Positions 23,621-36,410 of a DNA stretch of 64,000 nucleotides are shown piece by piece. The notes under the pieces were generated by a model, which saw nothing but the letters and a program-made list of their open reading frames with translations, was not told the DNA's origin and ran no database searches. The stretch is from positions 94,490,001 through 94,554,000 of the forward strand of contig NC_087472.1 in assembly GCF_036321535.1 (NCBI RefSeq), written 5' to 3'. Numbering within the stretch: position 1 is the stretch's first letter; every line of letters starts with the position of its first letter. The stretch comes from Camelus dromedarius (taxonomy: Eukaryota). The translations under genes were made by a program, and so were the position numbers.

Positions 23621-25617
23621 ACTTGAATGTAAGACCAGAAAACATTAAACTCCTAGGAGAAAGTGTAGGGGTCATTGGTCTTGGCAATGATTCTTCTAGA
23701 TCCGACCTTAAAAGCACGAACAACAAAAGCAAAAATAAATAAGACTACATCAAACTAAAAAGCTTCTGCACAAAAAGGAAACAATGAAAAGGCAACCTAT
23801 GGAATAGGAGAAAATACTTGCAAATCATATATCCAATAAAGGGTTAATGTGAACAGTATATAAGGAACTCAATAACAAAAAACAAATAACCTGATTAAAA
23901 ATTGGGAAAAGACCTGAATAGATATTTTCCAAAGAAGACATACAGATGGCCAACAGATAGGTGAAAAGATGCTCAACCTCACTAATCATCAGGGAAGGTA
24001 AGTCAAAGACAAGATAGCACTTCACACCGGTTAGGATGGTTGTGATAAAAAAAAAAAGAGGTGACAGATACTGGTGAGGATGTGGAGAAAAGGGAACCCT
24101 GATACACTGGGAATGTAAATTGATGACTTATAAGAGCAGTATGGAGGTTCTTGAAAAAATTGAACCATCATATTTTTTTCTTTTCACCGAATTTTTTTGT
24201 ATATATATATTTTTATTAAAGTATATCAGTTTACAATGTGCCAATTTCTGGTGTACCGCACAATGCTTCAGGCATACAGGAACATACATATATTTGTTTT
24301 CATAGTCTTTTTCACCATAAGTTACTACAAGATACCAAATATAGTTCTCTCTGCTATACAGCATGAACTTGTTTATTCTATGTATCTATCAGTATCTGCA
24401 AATCTCTAATTCCCAATTTATACCCTCCTTCCTCCACCCATAACCACAAGTTTGTTCTCTATGTCTAAGAGTTTCTGTATTGTAAATAAGTTTGTCTTTT
24501 TTTAGATTCCATGTATAGATGATATCATATGATATGTTTCTTTGTCTTTCTGGCTTCTTTCACTTAGAATGACATTCTCCAGGTCCATCCATGTTGCTGC
24601 AAATGGCATTGTTTTATTCTTTTTTATAGCTGAGCAGTATTCCATAGTATAAATATACCACAACTTCTTTATCCAGTCATCTGTCAATGGACATTTAGGC
24701 TGTTACCATGTCTTGCCTATTGTAAATAGTGCTGCTATGAACATTGGGGTGCAGGTGTCTTTGTGAATTAAAGTTCCCTCCAGATATATACCCAGATACA
24801 CAATCCCAGGAGTGGGATTGCTGGATCATATGGTAAGTCTATTTTTAGTCTTGAGGAATCTCCATACTGTTTTCCATAATGGCTACACCAAACTACGTTC
24901 CCACCAACAGTGTAGGAGTCAAACCATCATATTATCCAGCAGTCTCACTTCTGGGTATATATCTGAAAAACACAAAAACACTCACTCAGAAAAATAATAT
25001 GCACCCCAATGTTCACAGCAGCAAACAACCTAAGTGTCCATTGACAAGTAAATGAATAAAGAGAATGTGAGGTATAAAGAAAATCAGATATATACACACA
25101 CAACAGTATACATACACACGTGTAGGTTACTGCATATTATGAATCTATATGCATGAATGTATATATACATACATACAATGGAATGTTATTCAGCCCTAAA
25201 AAGGAAATCCTGCTATTGGTGACAACATGCATGGACCTAGAGGGCATTATGCTGAGTGCTAAGTGAAATAAGCCAGATAAAGACAAATACTATATAGTAT
25301 GACTTACATGTGGAAACAGAATAGAACAGTGGTTGCCAGAGGTGGGGTGGGGGTAGATTGGAGAAATACTGATCAAAGAATGAAAATGAGGATTGACTAT
25401 CATAGCATGGTGACTATAGTTAATACTACTACTAAGAGTAGATCTTGAGTGTTCACACTAGACAAGCTAAAAAGTTAACTTTGTGAGGTCACGAATGTTA
25501 TTAACTTGATTGTGGTAATTATTTCACAGTGTACAACCATATCTATCAAATCACATTATACCTTAAATAGATTCTGATTTTGTCAGTTATACTTCAATAA
25601 ATCTGAAAAAAAGAAAA
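23621..25617 (+). mobile_element. L1 3' portion inserted in MLT1
   Basis: ORF2 C-terminal motifs, AATAAA and A-tail; TSD AGAAT(T/C)TAG at 23612-23620 and 25618-25626. Confidence 0.85.
24175..24921 (-). mobile_element. Younger L1 3' end nested in L1
   Basis: Exact 12-bp TSD AACCATCATATT at 24163-24174 and 24922-24933. Confidence 0.9.
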
Positions 25618-27509
25618 AGAATCTAGCACCTTGCTGGCTGTAGGTTCCTAGTGTCTGTTCTAAGTTTCTAGAGGCCAATTACTCTACCTGCAATGCAGCT
25701 GCCTCCACCTTCAAAGCCAAAGCCGTGGAGAATCTTGCCTCTTTGTTCAAGTCTCTGAATACGCAGACTCTGCCCTCTAGACCCAGGTTTAAAGGGCTTG
25801 TGTGATTAGATCAGGTCCATCTAGATAGTCTTCATTTCTTAAAGTTATTCTCTGTAACCCAGCCTCAGGGATTATACATACCGTGTGCGCCAGAGACTGA
25901 GATCTTGCGGGTATTTTCAAGGCTGGTGCTAGGTACCTGAATTATTATTGCCGCCTCTTTTATGCCTTTAACTGAAAAAAAATTTACCTGGACATCAGAT
26001 TAGGATCCGTTTTATATAGTATCTGAATGAAGTTTTGAAATCCCATTAAAGCCCTTGATAATGTTGATTCGAAAAGCAAATGACAAATGTCACTATTTCA
26101 TTAAATATCTTTCTCCATTCTTTTGCCATGAGGAAGGCCAGGTGGTTAAATTTAACCCAGAAGTAAAGGATGTATTTTGAATTTAGTTTTATTGTACTGA
26201 ATTTCTGTCCTTTGTTTACACAGTATAGATTAAAAAATCACGATAGTGTGTCTACAGTGTTGCCTCAAATAAGATATATATGAATTTTTTTTCTGTATAA
26301 GATATATTTCCTTCATAAAAATTATTATTTTTGCAGGAAGGCAGAACTTTTTCTACAGTTTTTTATAAGAATAATGGTAACTCAGTCCGTGCTAAATGTT
26401 CTGCTTCTAGCAAAGATATTTTCTCTATGCTTTAAAACTTGAAGAAAAATAAATTACGTGTAATTTCTCAAATTATACAAAATGATCATTACTACTTTAA
26501 AAATATGACGTCAGCATCATCACAAGTTTAAGATTTTATATAATTGTCCTCTCTGAATACGGAAAGACAAAAATGATTTAAGGTACTGCTGAATAAGTAA
26601 AAATTGGTTGCCCTTGCCAATTTCAGCGCATTTGAGTGAGCTGTAAGGAAGTTAGGAGGAAGCGGAACTATTACTATTGCTACCCAGATGAAGTTCTGAA
26701 CGTCAGTCTAGCATATTTTTTTAAACTGCCTTTTATTTTTACTTAAATCACATGATTTAAGAAATCCTGATGAAGTAGAAAGAACTCCTGAAGGTGACTA
26801 TATTCTGACTTTAATTTAAAATGCTATTAATAATTATCTATTGGGTGCTGATGTATGCTAAGAAATGTGCATTATTTCATTTAATCTTAACACTCTAAGG
26901 TAGTATATCTGAAAGATAAGTTTTTAAAATAACTGCTATAACATCACACCTAATTATTTTTAAACTTCAATTCCTTTAATTAAATATCCAGTGTTTGAAC
27001 CTCCCCAATTTCTATATACAAGTTTTTAGAAGTTAATTTGTTTGAATCAGAATCATAATCACAAGTTGCAGTTGGTGGATATGCTCTTAAATCCATTCAC
27101 TCTGGAACTCCACTTTTTTTTCCTTTCAAATTTTACATTAAAAATTCTTTTTGCAGAGATTTCTACAAGGTGTACCTGGCTGATTGTGTCCACACAGTGT
27201 TTATTACATTCCTTTGTCTTCTGTGCTGTAGGGCAACTGGTACTTAGATTGAGATAGGCCTGATCAGCTTCAGATTTCACTTTTTTGCAAGACTACTTTA
27301 TGCATGATGAGGCACCTGGCTTCTTTGGATTCATTCATTTGCTTTGAGACAGCTTTTAAAAGTTGTGATGCATTTACTGACTTTAATGATTTTGCTATAT
27401 TGTAGTGTATTCCTGTAATAAATGGTAGATTTATAAGCAGTACCATTTTGGGTCCTGTAAGCCATCTTTAGGCAATTTAACAAGGTTTAATTGCCACCAT
27501 TAGCACAAG

Positions 27510-28810
27510 ATCTATATAGATAATCTTCCTTTCATCAACATTTTGTTACACTAAGCAACAGTTTGTGAAGCATGAAAAGTGTTTGTGTCTTTTCCTTTAT
27601 TAATTTCAAAATAATAACTTGGTTACTTAAGGGTCCTCTGAAGGTGACAGATGTACTTTATTTTTCTTAAATGCCATTATAAATTTTTTAATGTAAGCAC
27701 ACTTGAAATATTCCAGTCCACTACAGTCTATTTTATTGTTGTTTAAATTGTGCCAACTTTGGCTAGTGTGAGACAACTCAAGTTGGCTCCTGAAACACTC
27801 TTCTATGCCTTGAATAACTTTTGAAATTTCCCTTGCTTTCCAGTATGGCAAGATGATCCAGTTTACTCATATTTCCTACATCAAACCTGGAATCAGCCAT
27901 GTCTTTAGCGACTCCCATTGCTATTAATAGGAAATGGTATTTAGAGACCCCAGCTTGGATGCTAGTAGTGCACATTGCTCCTGGGTTAGTCCTAGTTCCT
28001 AAACTTTTTCAGTGAACATAGCTATGAAATACATTTTTTTCATGAAGTTTATACCATGTCTTTCAGTTCAAGTTCATAACTATAGGAAGGTTTTGACTTA
28101 ACTTCAGAAATTTTATATATTTTTTTCTCCCACATAAAAAAAATCCTAGTTACCAAAACCATAATTTTTCATTTTTTAATCACACAATACATGCACAACT
28201 ATCTTTGAATAACCATACCAACATTGTGAAAACCTAGTGATTACTGAAAATATTTTGAGGTTTTTAGTCTTCTTTTGTTTTGTCTTTAGAGTACATGCCA
28301 CTAGGGATGTACAGTCAAATTATTGTGCTTTGAAGTAAATTGAAATACTTTCTCTTGGTGTGATTAATGCATCAACTCACTATAGAATTTGGCTGTTTTA
28401 TTTCAGGTAGCTTTTGACAGCTTAGGTGTGACTTTTAATGTATTTTATAGTTACATAAAATATGTACATGATTCCAAAGATTAATATAAAAATCAAGGTA
28501 TAGAAAGATATATAGTTACTAATCATGCCACTTTTTTGGTAAACTTTTTAATTAGGTAACTTGTTTTCCCATACTTTTTGTTGAATGGAACCATACTATG
28601 CATACTTGTCTTAAAGTTACTTTGAAGGTAGAAATAAATCCTGGAGTTAAGTGTATAAATGATAGTCTCCATTCCTTTTTATAGCTGCATAGTATTCCTT
28701 TGGGTGAGTTACTATAGTTAATCAGTCATCTAATAATGGGCTTGTAAGTTTCCCCCATTCCTGTGCTATGTACAACATTCTAAATGCTTTGCTAATGTTA
28801 TATTTTTGCC
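27510..28810 (-). mobile_element. Old L1 3' end (L1MC/ME-type) fragments
   Basis: CCTGGAATCAGCCAT, GAAATGGTATTTAGAGACC and TTTTATAGCTGCATAGTATTCC motifs. Confidence 0.65.
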
Positions 28811-29329
28811 CTGTGTACTATGCCTGATAGATTTGTTTATCATATATTATGTACAAAATATTGTAGGATTAATTTAGAGATCTAAATTATTTTATCTTTA
28901 ACCAAAGGTGATTTTCATTTCCTTCAGGTAATTTTAGGATTAAGATGATGCATTTCAAGTCTTTCTTGGATTGAACCAATTCAGGACTGGTCTTAGTGAA
29001 GGTTGGTCTATTTTGAGGTTGGCCTTTTTCCTAAACTGTAGCCCTTTAGAGATCCAAAATCAAGTTGTTACCAGAGCCATTCTTCCTGCTCTGCTCAGGT
29101 CCTCAGACTTACAGCTCCTACTCGACACTACACTGCTTGCCCTTTTATCTCTGTTGCTTAGGAAAAAGCAGTGCAGTTCCCTTTTCTCTTGTATCTTGGA
29201 TGTCAATCCTGGATGTTCTAGTAGTTCTGATTCCTTCAAATAGATTGATCTTAAATTTATTAAGATTTGCAGTTTGTTCTTAGTAGACGGTTTAGACCTA
29301 AGCAAGTTATGCTGTCATAGTTAGAAGTC

Positions 29330-30290
29330 AGTAATAAGGTTTTAAGTAAAACTTTGCCATATTAATCATTAGTGAAGTGGTGGGAAGATATTACAAAATG
29401 AGTAGAGTTAAAGACAGTAAATATCAATATATCATTAAGGATTTTTGTGATAAAGGCAGTCACAGAAATGGGGAAATCAGTGGTCAGGGACAGTCTATTT
29501 TTTCTTTTATTAAGATAAGGAAAATGACAGCATGTCTCTAGAAATTAATTTTTTTAGAGAGGAAAAATTAATCATTGGAGAGATGAAGGTAAAGCTCGTA
29601 AAGAGACAAGAGAGTGGAATTTACTGTGCAGTGGAGGAGTTGGGCTCATATCAGAGCACCTTATACTGGTCAACGATTTTAATAAGAGGGAAGGCAGAAA
29701 ATGTGTGTACAGGTGCAGGTAGGTGGGTGTATTTGGTAGTAGAAATAAAAGGAGGATGAGGTTCTCCTGATTGAGTTTTTATTTGATCGAGAAGTCAACT
29801 CATTGGCTGAGTAGAACATAGGCTATAAGAGATCTGATGATAGGAGGAGAGAAGAAAATGTATAAAATAATCCTCAAAGAGGGAGAAGGTGATTTATCCG
29901 ATGGTATAGTAGGTTTACCAGGAAGTACAGAGAATCCCATGGGATTTGTGGTCAAACAGTTAAAGTAGGGTTGGTTAGTCTATATTTTCTCTCTCATACC
30001 ATTGCCTGAGGGCAAGCAAGATTAGATGAGAGATGGATTTAATTAGGGCTAGGATTTTGTCTGAGTGCAATGGAGGTTAAGAATCAAAAGCTTTTGGGGT
30101 ACTTAGTTTTTAGTGGGCAAGGACATTGAGTAGATGGTAATATAAGGACATAAAATGGTGAAGAGCACTGAAATGTAATTGGGGCAATGAACTGAATGTA
30201 TTAGTTGCATGAAAAGATTGTTGGAGAGGACTAGGGGAACATACATGAAAGGTGAGAGTTAGTACTCAGATTAAAGGAATTATAATCTGC
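29330..30290. mobile_element. Degenerate L2 fragments
   Basis: Purine-rich GGAG/GAGA sequence typical of old L2 bodies; family assignment tentative. Confidence 0.45.
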
Positions 30291-31077
30291 ATACTCATCG
30301 TGCCTCTACCTCACCCTTCACTCAGAATGCTTCCCGCATGGCTGTGAATTCTAGGAAGGAGAGAACTGAGGCCTGAAAGAAGACTTAACCTTCTTAGGGG
30401 CTCAAAGAGCTCAGCTCTAAAGCCTCATCTCTGACAAATCTGGACATGAGAAGGAGAAGGCATTTTCCCACTAGAGAAAAAGGGAGAATGGTGCTGGCGG
30501 TTCTCAGGAGATGGTGGCAGGGAGCAACTTGCCAATGTAGGAAGCATGGAAGTTGGGAACAGTATATGTGCACCTTAAGTATTATAGGCTAACTGGAGTG
30601 AGAAAAGTCTACAAAAATTCTGTTAAAATCTAGACTGAAAATGGTATATTAAGTGATTTCAAAAAATTTTAGATTACATTATTATCCTCAAAAGGAAAAA
30701 GTTCAGCTTATACTAAAAAATATTAAATTATACCAAATCTTGGAACATACCCAGGTAAATCAAGTGTTGATCCCCCTAGCCCCCTGGGGTTCATACAGAA
30801 GGTTCTAGAGATATTTATGTAACACATGTATGCTTTCTAAGGGCTTCACTGTATAATTTTTGGAGAGGAACTCAGGGAAAAGATTGGACATCAGCTAATA
30901 AAATGGATGGGTGCTCAGCTCATCCTAATTTAGCTGTAGATAATACATTTGTACTCATAGGAGGGTAAGTCTAACAAAGGAGCTAACTGTATTTTGACCA
31001 CCCATTATATCCTAGGTACTTTGCTAGTTGTGTTAATACGGGGAATCTCTTCCGAGCCTCACAAAAGCCCTCTAAGG

Positions 31078-31295
31078 GAGGGTTTCTGAACCTTAGAATT
31101 ATCTTGCCCCAAATGTCAGTAGTTCTTAGTTTTTGGTGGGGAAGCGGGCTTTGTATTGTAGGATGTTTAGCAGCAACACTGTTCTCTACCCACTAGATGC
31201 CAGTAGCAATCTTTCCAGACATTCCTGAAATGTCTCCATAGACATTCTCCAGTGTCTCTTTGAGGGTGGGCTTGCTCCCAGTTGAGATCAACTGA
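31078..31295. mobile_element. MER20-like hAT MITE inserted in MIR
   Basis: TTGTAGGATGTTTAGCAGCA..CTCTACCCACTAGATGCCAGTAGCA..CCAGTTGAGATCAACTG; MIR motifs flank it. Confidence 0.8.
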
Positions 31296-31744
31296 TTTAA
31301 GGTAATAAACATCATCCCTATTTGTTAGAGGAAGACATTGAAGTTCCCAAAGCTCTAGTAACATCGTCATAAAGCAAGGAGAAATATAGGAGATTGGATT
31401 TGAACCCAGGTCATCTTTGCTTAAAAGCCTCTGATATTTTCTTTATGCTACCATCAATAACACATTAGGTAATTGGAACATTTGTTCCTCACCACATTCC
31501 CATCCAGTTCCCAGAGAGATACCATGGTGTGCGCATGGAGTTTCAATGATTGTACATATTAGTTCATCAAATGTTCGCCATCTTTTAAGGTGGTAAGTTC
31601 AATTCTTTTTTTCTCCTTCTATAAAGAAAAAAAGAGAATCTAATGATAGTCAAGATATGACAGAGATACATTAACTAGGTCTTCAGAAACTTGGAATTCT
31701 ATTCTTCCAACTATGTCATACTCACTAGGTAGAAAAAACTAAGG

Positions 31745-32665
31745 TCAACTCAATAGCAAAGACAAAAAACAAACAAACAAACCAAACCAAATAACCTCCT
31801 TCAAAATGGGCAAAGGATCTGAATAGACATTTTTCCAAAGAAGACATACAAATGGCCAACAGGTAATAAGATAATTAACCTCACTAATCACCAGGGAAAT
31901 GCAAATCAAAACCACAGTGAGATACTACATCACACCCATTAGGATGGCTACTATCAAAAAAAGAAGAGATGACAAATATTGGCAAGGATGTGGAGAAAAG
32001 GGAACCCTTGTACACTGTTGGTGAGAATGTAAACTGGTGCAGCCATTATTATAATGGAAAGCAGTATGGAGGTTCCTAAAAAAATTAAAAATAGAACTAC
32101 CATATGAGCTAACAATCCCACTTCTGGGTATATATCTCAAGGAAATGAAGTCACTATCTTGAAGAGGTATCTGCACCACCCCCCACAGCCATGTTCATTG
32201 AAACATTATTCATAATAGCCAAGATGTGGCAATAGCCTAAGTGTCCAGAGACACTTAGGTGAATGGATAAAGAAAACATAGGTTTCATACACACACACTG
32301 GAATGTTCTCGAGTCAAAGGAAATTTTACTATTGGCAACAACATGATGGACCTTGGACATTTTCTAAGTGAAATAAGTCAGACATGAGAGAAATATTGTG
32401 TGATCTCATTTATATGTGGAATCTGAAAAAAAAAAACCCTCATTGTAATAGAGTAGGATATTGATTGCTAGAGGCCAGGAGTAGGGGGTCAGAGGGACTT
32501 GTTCATGGGTACAGAGTTTCGGTTTTGTGAAATTAAAAGTTCTGGAGATAGTAGAGATGGTTGCTCAATTATGTCACTCTACTTAGTCCTAGTAAAATCT
32601 ATACTTGAAAATGGTTAAGATAGCAAGTTTTGTGTTATGTGTATTTTACAAAAAATAAAAAAAAA
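31745..32665 (+). mobile_element. L1 3' end
   Basis: AAATGGGCAAAGGATCTGAATAGACATTTTTCCAAAGAAGACATACAAATGGCCAAC through to an A-tail. Confidence 0.88.
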
Positions 32666-33965
32666 CCCTAAGCATCATATTTGCTATTAAATATATATAA
32701 GAAAGATAAATTGTCGCTTATCAAACAATTAGTTTTATTTTACCATAACCCTTAAGTACCGAAAGTCATACTCATGGGAAGAAGTCTATACAATTGGGAG
32801 GCCTACCAAAATGTTATTTTAAGAGAAAAAACACAAGAGCGATGTAAAGCAGATTATTGTAATGTAGGCCTGTTGCTTTATTTTTAGTATGTCTGCCCTA
32901 ATTCCATTTTAGTTGCAGGGCACAATTACTACTGTTTATTGCCAGGACTGTTATTTATGGGTTGAACTCCCATCAAGAGGGTCTCCTTTCTCTGTCAGCA
33001 ATGGCTTAATGAAATAGCCTTTCACCTTTTGAGACAGGCCTTTAAATTCTCTCTACAAATGGAAATGCTGTAGGTCATTTTCTTCTAATTGCTTGTGGAC
33101 AAGGATTGACGAGCCACCACACAATTTAGCTTGATTGGCAGGTCTTTCTCTGTAGTCCCAGCCTGAACGAGCAATTTCAGCACAAGATTTAGATGTCTCG
33201 TCAGAGCCTGGTGGGAAAAATTAGATTTCTTCTGAGCCCTCGCAAAGAATTCTTTTTAAAAGAAAGGGAAATATATCACAATTTTTTAACACCAGATGGG
33301 AAGTTTGGCTTGAGTATCCTACAAAATAATTTGGATAAGTTGCTTTGTAGTTGTCATTTGGTGGCTCCTTTGTAATCCTAAGGTGAGAAACACATGCAGG
33401 AAAAATATTTCTGAGCTTAGATTTTTTTAAATTACATACTTTAAAAAATGTTAAGATTTTAAAAAATACTCAGTATACGTTAAATCTGTGATATGCTGTA
33501 AGAAACAGTTAAGGGTAGTACATAAACATGTAACACTTGTTCTCGGACAGAAATGCTTCTCTTGGTCTTCGTGTTAAGCTCTCGGTATTTTACCCATCAT
33601 TGCAGACTCCAGAAGTGTTCCTGATAATTGAACTTACTGCCATATGTGCCTTTGCTTTGGATCAGATCTTCCAAGGCACATTCTGAAAATAGTAGAATTA
33701 CATATTTGCTTTATTGAAAAGAAAGTCAAAATTTTTGAACTTTTATATCATTTGTTAGGTCAAAGTTTCAAGATAAAGAACAGATAGAAATAGTCATGTC
33801 TTTAGATCATCAGTCCTCTTTGGTCTCAGGGAGACCGTTTAAACTCTTGAAAATTAAGGAGCCCCAAAACTACTGTTTTATGTAGATTAAACCTATTGAT
33901 ATTTACCATATTAGGCATTAAAACTGAAAGGAATGTAAAACGTATTATTTTTAAAATATCAATAA

Positions 33966-34102
33966 TATATTAGTATCTGCAAATCTCGAACTCTCAATTT
34001 ATCCCTTCCCACCCTCTTCCCCCTCTGGTAACTATAAGTTTGTTTTTTATGTCTGTGAGGACACAACATTGTACACTGACTTACGTCAATAAAAAAAAAA
34101 AA
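33966..34102 (+). mobile_element. Very short inverted L1 3' end insertion
   Basis: An antisense L1 3'UTR piece (33966-34058) is joined to the sense terminal piece plus A-tail and (AT)n. Confidence 0.7.
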
Positions 34103-34291
34103 ATATATATATATATATATAAAATAAAATACAATAAAATATATATATAATATATATCCCCAAAAAGCAATATTAAACCTATTACATATAGACATAACTT
34201 TATTTGAAAGTTTACATTTTCATAATGAAAAATTAATGCTAAGTATGGCATTGTTTTATACTTCTGCAAATCTCTTAAATACTTGGAATTG

Positions 34292-34913
34292 TTTTACTGG
34301 GGAAAAGAATGGTGCCCACTGGCTTTGTGAGAGGGAGACCATGAAAATGGTGCCCCACAGCCTCCGTCACCAGAGAGTATCCCAGCAGACCGGTGCCCCT
34401 CTTGGGGGAGCTTCAAGATGAGGAAATGAGTCTCTTTCACATAAAATCTGGGTGCTTTTCAAATGGGTGCTTCTGCCCTAGACCGTGGGGTGTGTGAATC
34501 CAGGTGTAGGCCCTTTAAGAGCCCTTTCTCAGATCCCTACAGCTCTTTGGGTCTTGTGGAGGTGACCCCCAGTGTTTTTGAAAGCCAGATGTTCTGGGGG
34601 TTTGTCTAAGGTGCAGGTCTTAAAAGTTGGGGTGTCCAGTATAGGGTATGAACACTTCACTCAGATGGGTGAAGCTCCATGTTTGTGAGTTCCTTCCCTA
34701 TTTTGGGTCACTTCACAGGGTGCAAGGCAGGGGTGTTATGGTAAGATTGGGTCTCAGCCTCTCTTACTGGCTTCAGTGTGGCTTCTTTTCTTTTACCTCT
34801 TGTGAAGAAGCCGCTCAGCTAGTTAGGTCTTTTTCAGGGAAAATGGTTCCATATGTAGCCATAGATTTGGGTGGAGGTGAGTTCAGGAGCTTCCTAAGTG
34901 GCCGTCCTGAACC
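34292..34913 (-). mobile_element. Isolated L1 5'UTR-like segment
   Basis: Ends GGTGAGTTCAGGAGCTTCCTAAGTGGCCGTCCTGAACC, resembling the reverse complement of an L1 5' start (GGTTCAAGATGGC); flanked by AC(T/C)TGGA. Confidence 0.65.
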
Positions 34914-35974
34914 ACCTGGATTAACAGAAGGCAGTTGATTTCTCAGACACATTTCTGTATCTGTTGCAGTATCATTTGTCACATACTCACTGGGCAACTC
35001 AATTGTAGTACTTGTAAGAGAACGAGAGTGGGAAAAAGAAAATGATGTATTATTATGATGAAAATAGTTTTGCTTGCAGACCCCTGGGATGGTTTCAAAG
35101 ATCTCCAGGGGTCCCTGGACCACACTTTGAGACTCTATGCTTTAGACTGAAATTTATATTCCATAGAGGGTAAATACGTTTTATTTTCTTATTTGAAACT
35201 AATAAAATATTGTCTTTGAGGGTAGCATCAGAAATGTAGGTTGTCGGAGCCCAAATTTTATTACTTTTTTATTTGATCGTTGTATTTCACCTTCTGTAGA
35301 AAGCCTTCTCATATATTTGGACCAACTCTGCCACTGACAAGAGTATTGTGGGGGTGGTTTTCACTGGGTGGTGGAGAACTGTTTTCTTAATATGACACTG
35401 AAGGCTGCTGAACCACAAAACAAATTCAATTCCATCAAAGATCAAAAAAGAAAAGCACCTCTATTTATATTGTATTTTTTAGAAATATTCTTTTCATCTC
35501 CTCATCTGTGAGGAATAGCAGTAGTGCCCAAAGATGACTCTCTGGGGACCAGGTCAAATAAAGTTGAAAATCATGGACTCCCAATTGTGTATTGATGGAA
35601 TGAATCCATTCATTTGTTTAGGTTTTATTTAGGTAGCAGTCATACTATTGGTCATTTTTTTCATAAAATATTGCTTGTTATAATCACTTATTCTAGCATT
35701 CCTGAAACTATCTGAAATAATGACAATTATTTTTACTACAGATTCCTATTAAGTTAATATAAGAGTAATTTTAGTGAATAGATCTACACAGTTAACACAA
35801 TACCTTTACCCCTGAATGGCAAAATTCTGACCTTGTACTTACCTGCCCTAGATTATGACAGCCATATTTATGTCTTGGCTTTACATTTGTATCTTTTTTC
35901 AAGTCTCTGCCACAGTCACCTAAGGATCTTCATACTTTGAAACTTCCTTGATGTTTCTGTTGTTGAAAACCCCC

Positions 35975-36410
35975 CCTCATTGGAAAATAGTACAGAGGTT
36001 TCTCAAAAACCCCAAAAAGGAACCACCATATGGCCCAGCAGTTCCACTCCTGGGCACATAGAAGAGAAAAACAAAAACATTAATTCAAAAAGATACATAC
36101 ACCCTGCTATTAACAGAAACATTATTTATAATTGCCAAGATATGGAAGCATCCTAAGTGGCCATCAATAGATGAATGGATAAAGAAGATGTAGCATATAT
36201 GTGTAATGGAATACAACTCACCCACAAAAAAGGACATTTTGCCATCTGTGGCCCTTCATTGACTTTTTTTTCCACTTCAAAACCCAGAATTTATAACTGG
36301 CATAAACATTTCCATTGCATCAAAAACAACAAAGTACCTAGAAATAAGCTTAACCAAGGAGGTTACCTATACTCTGAAAACTATAAAACATTGATGAAGG
36401 AAATTGATCT
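35975..36410 (+). mobile_element. L1 ORF2 fragments
   Basis: CCAGCAGTTCCACTCCTGGG..GATGAATGGATAAAGAAGATG; peptide LYSENYKTLMKEI. Confidence 0.75.

Larger units (their letters stand above)
23425..25935 (-). mobile_element. MLT1 MaLR LTR split by nested L1s
   Basis: ATTTATTAGCTCACAGTTCTGTA left arm; right arm AAAGGGCTTGTGTGATTAGATCAGGTCCA. Confidence 0.75.
33808..35139 (-). mobile_element. MER119-like non-autonomous Charlie1 derivative with two L1 inserts
   Basis: 8-bp TSD CTTTAGA(T/C) at 33800-33807 and 35140-35147; ends GGACCACACTTTGAGA. Confidence 0.78.

Noticed and set aside
27125..27250. Possible exon after TTTTTGCAG
   Set aside because: No convincing donor and no recognisable peptide.
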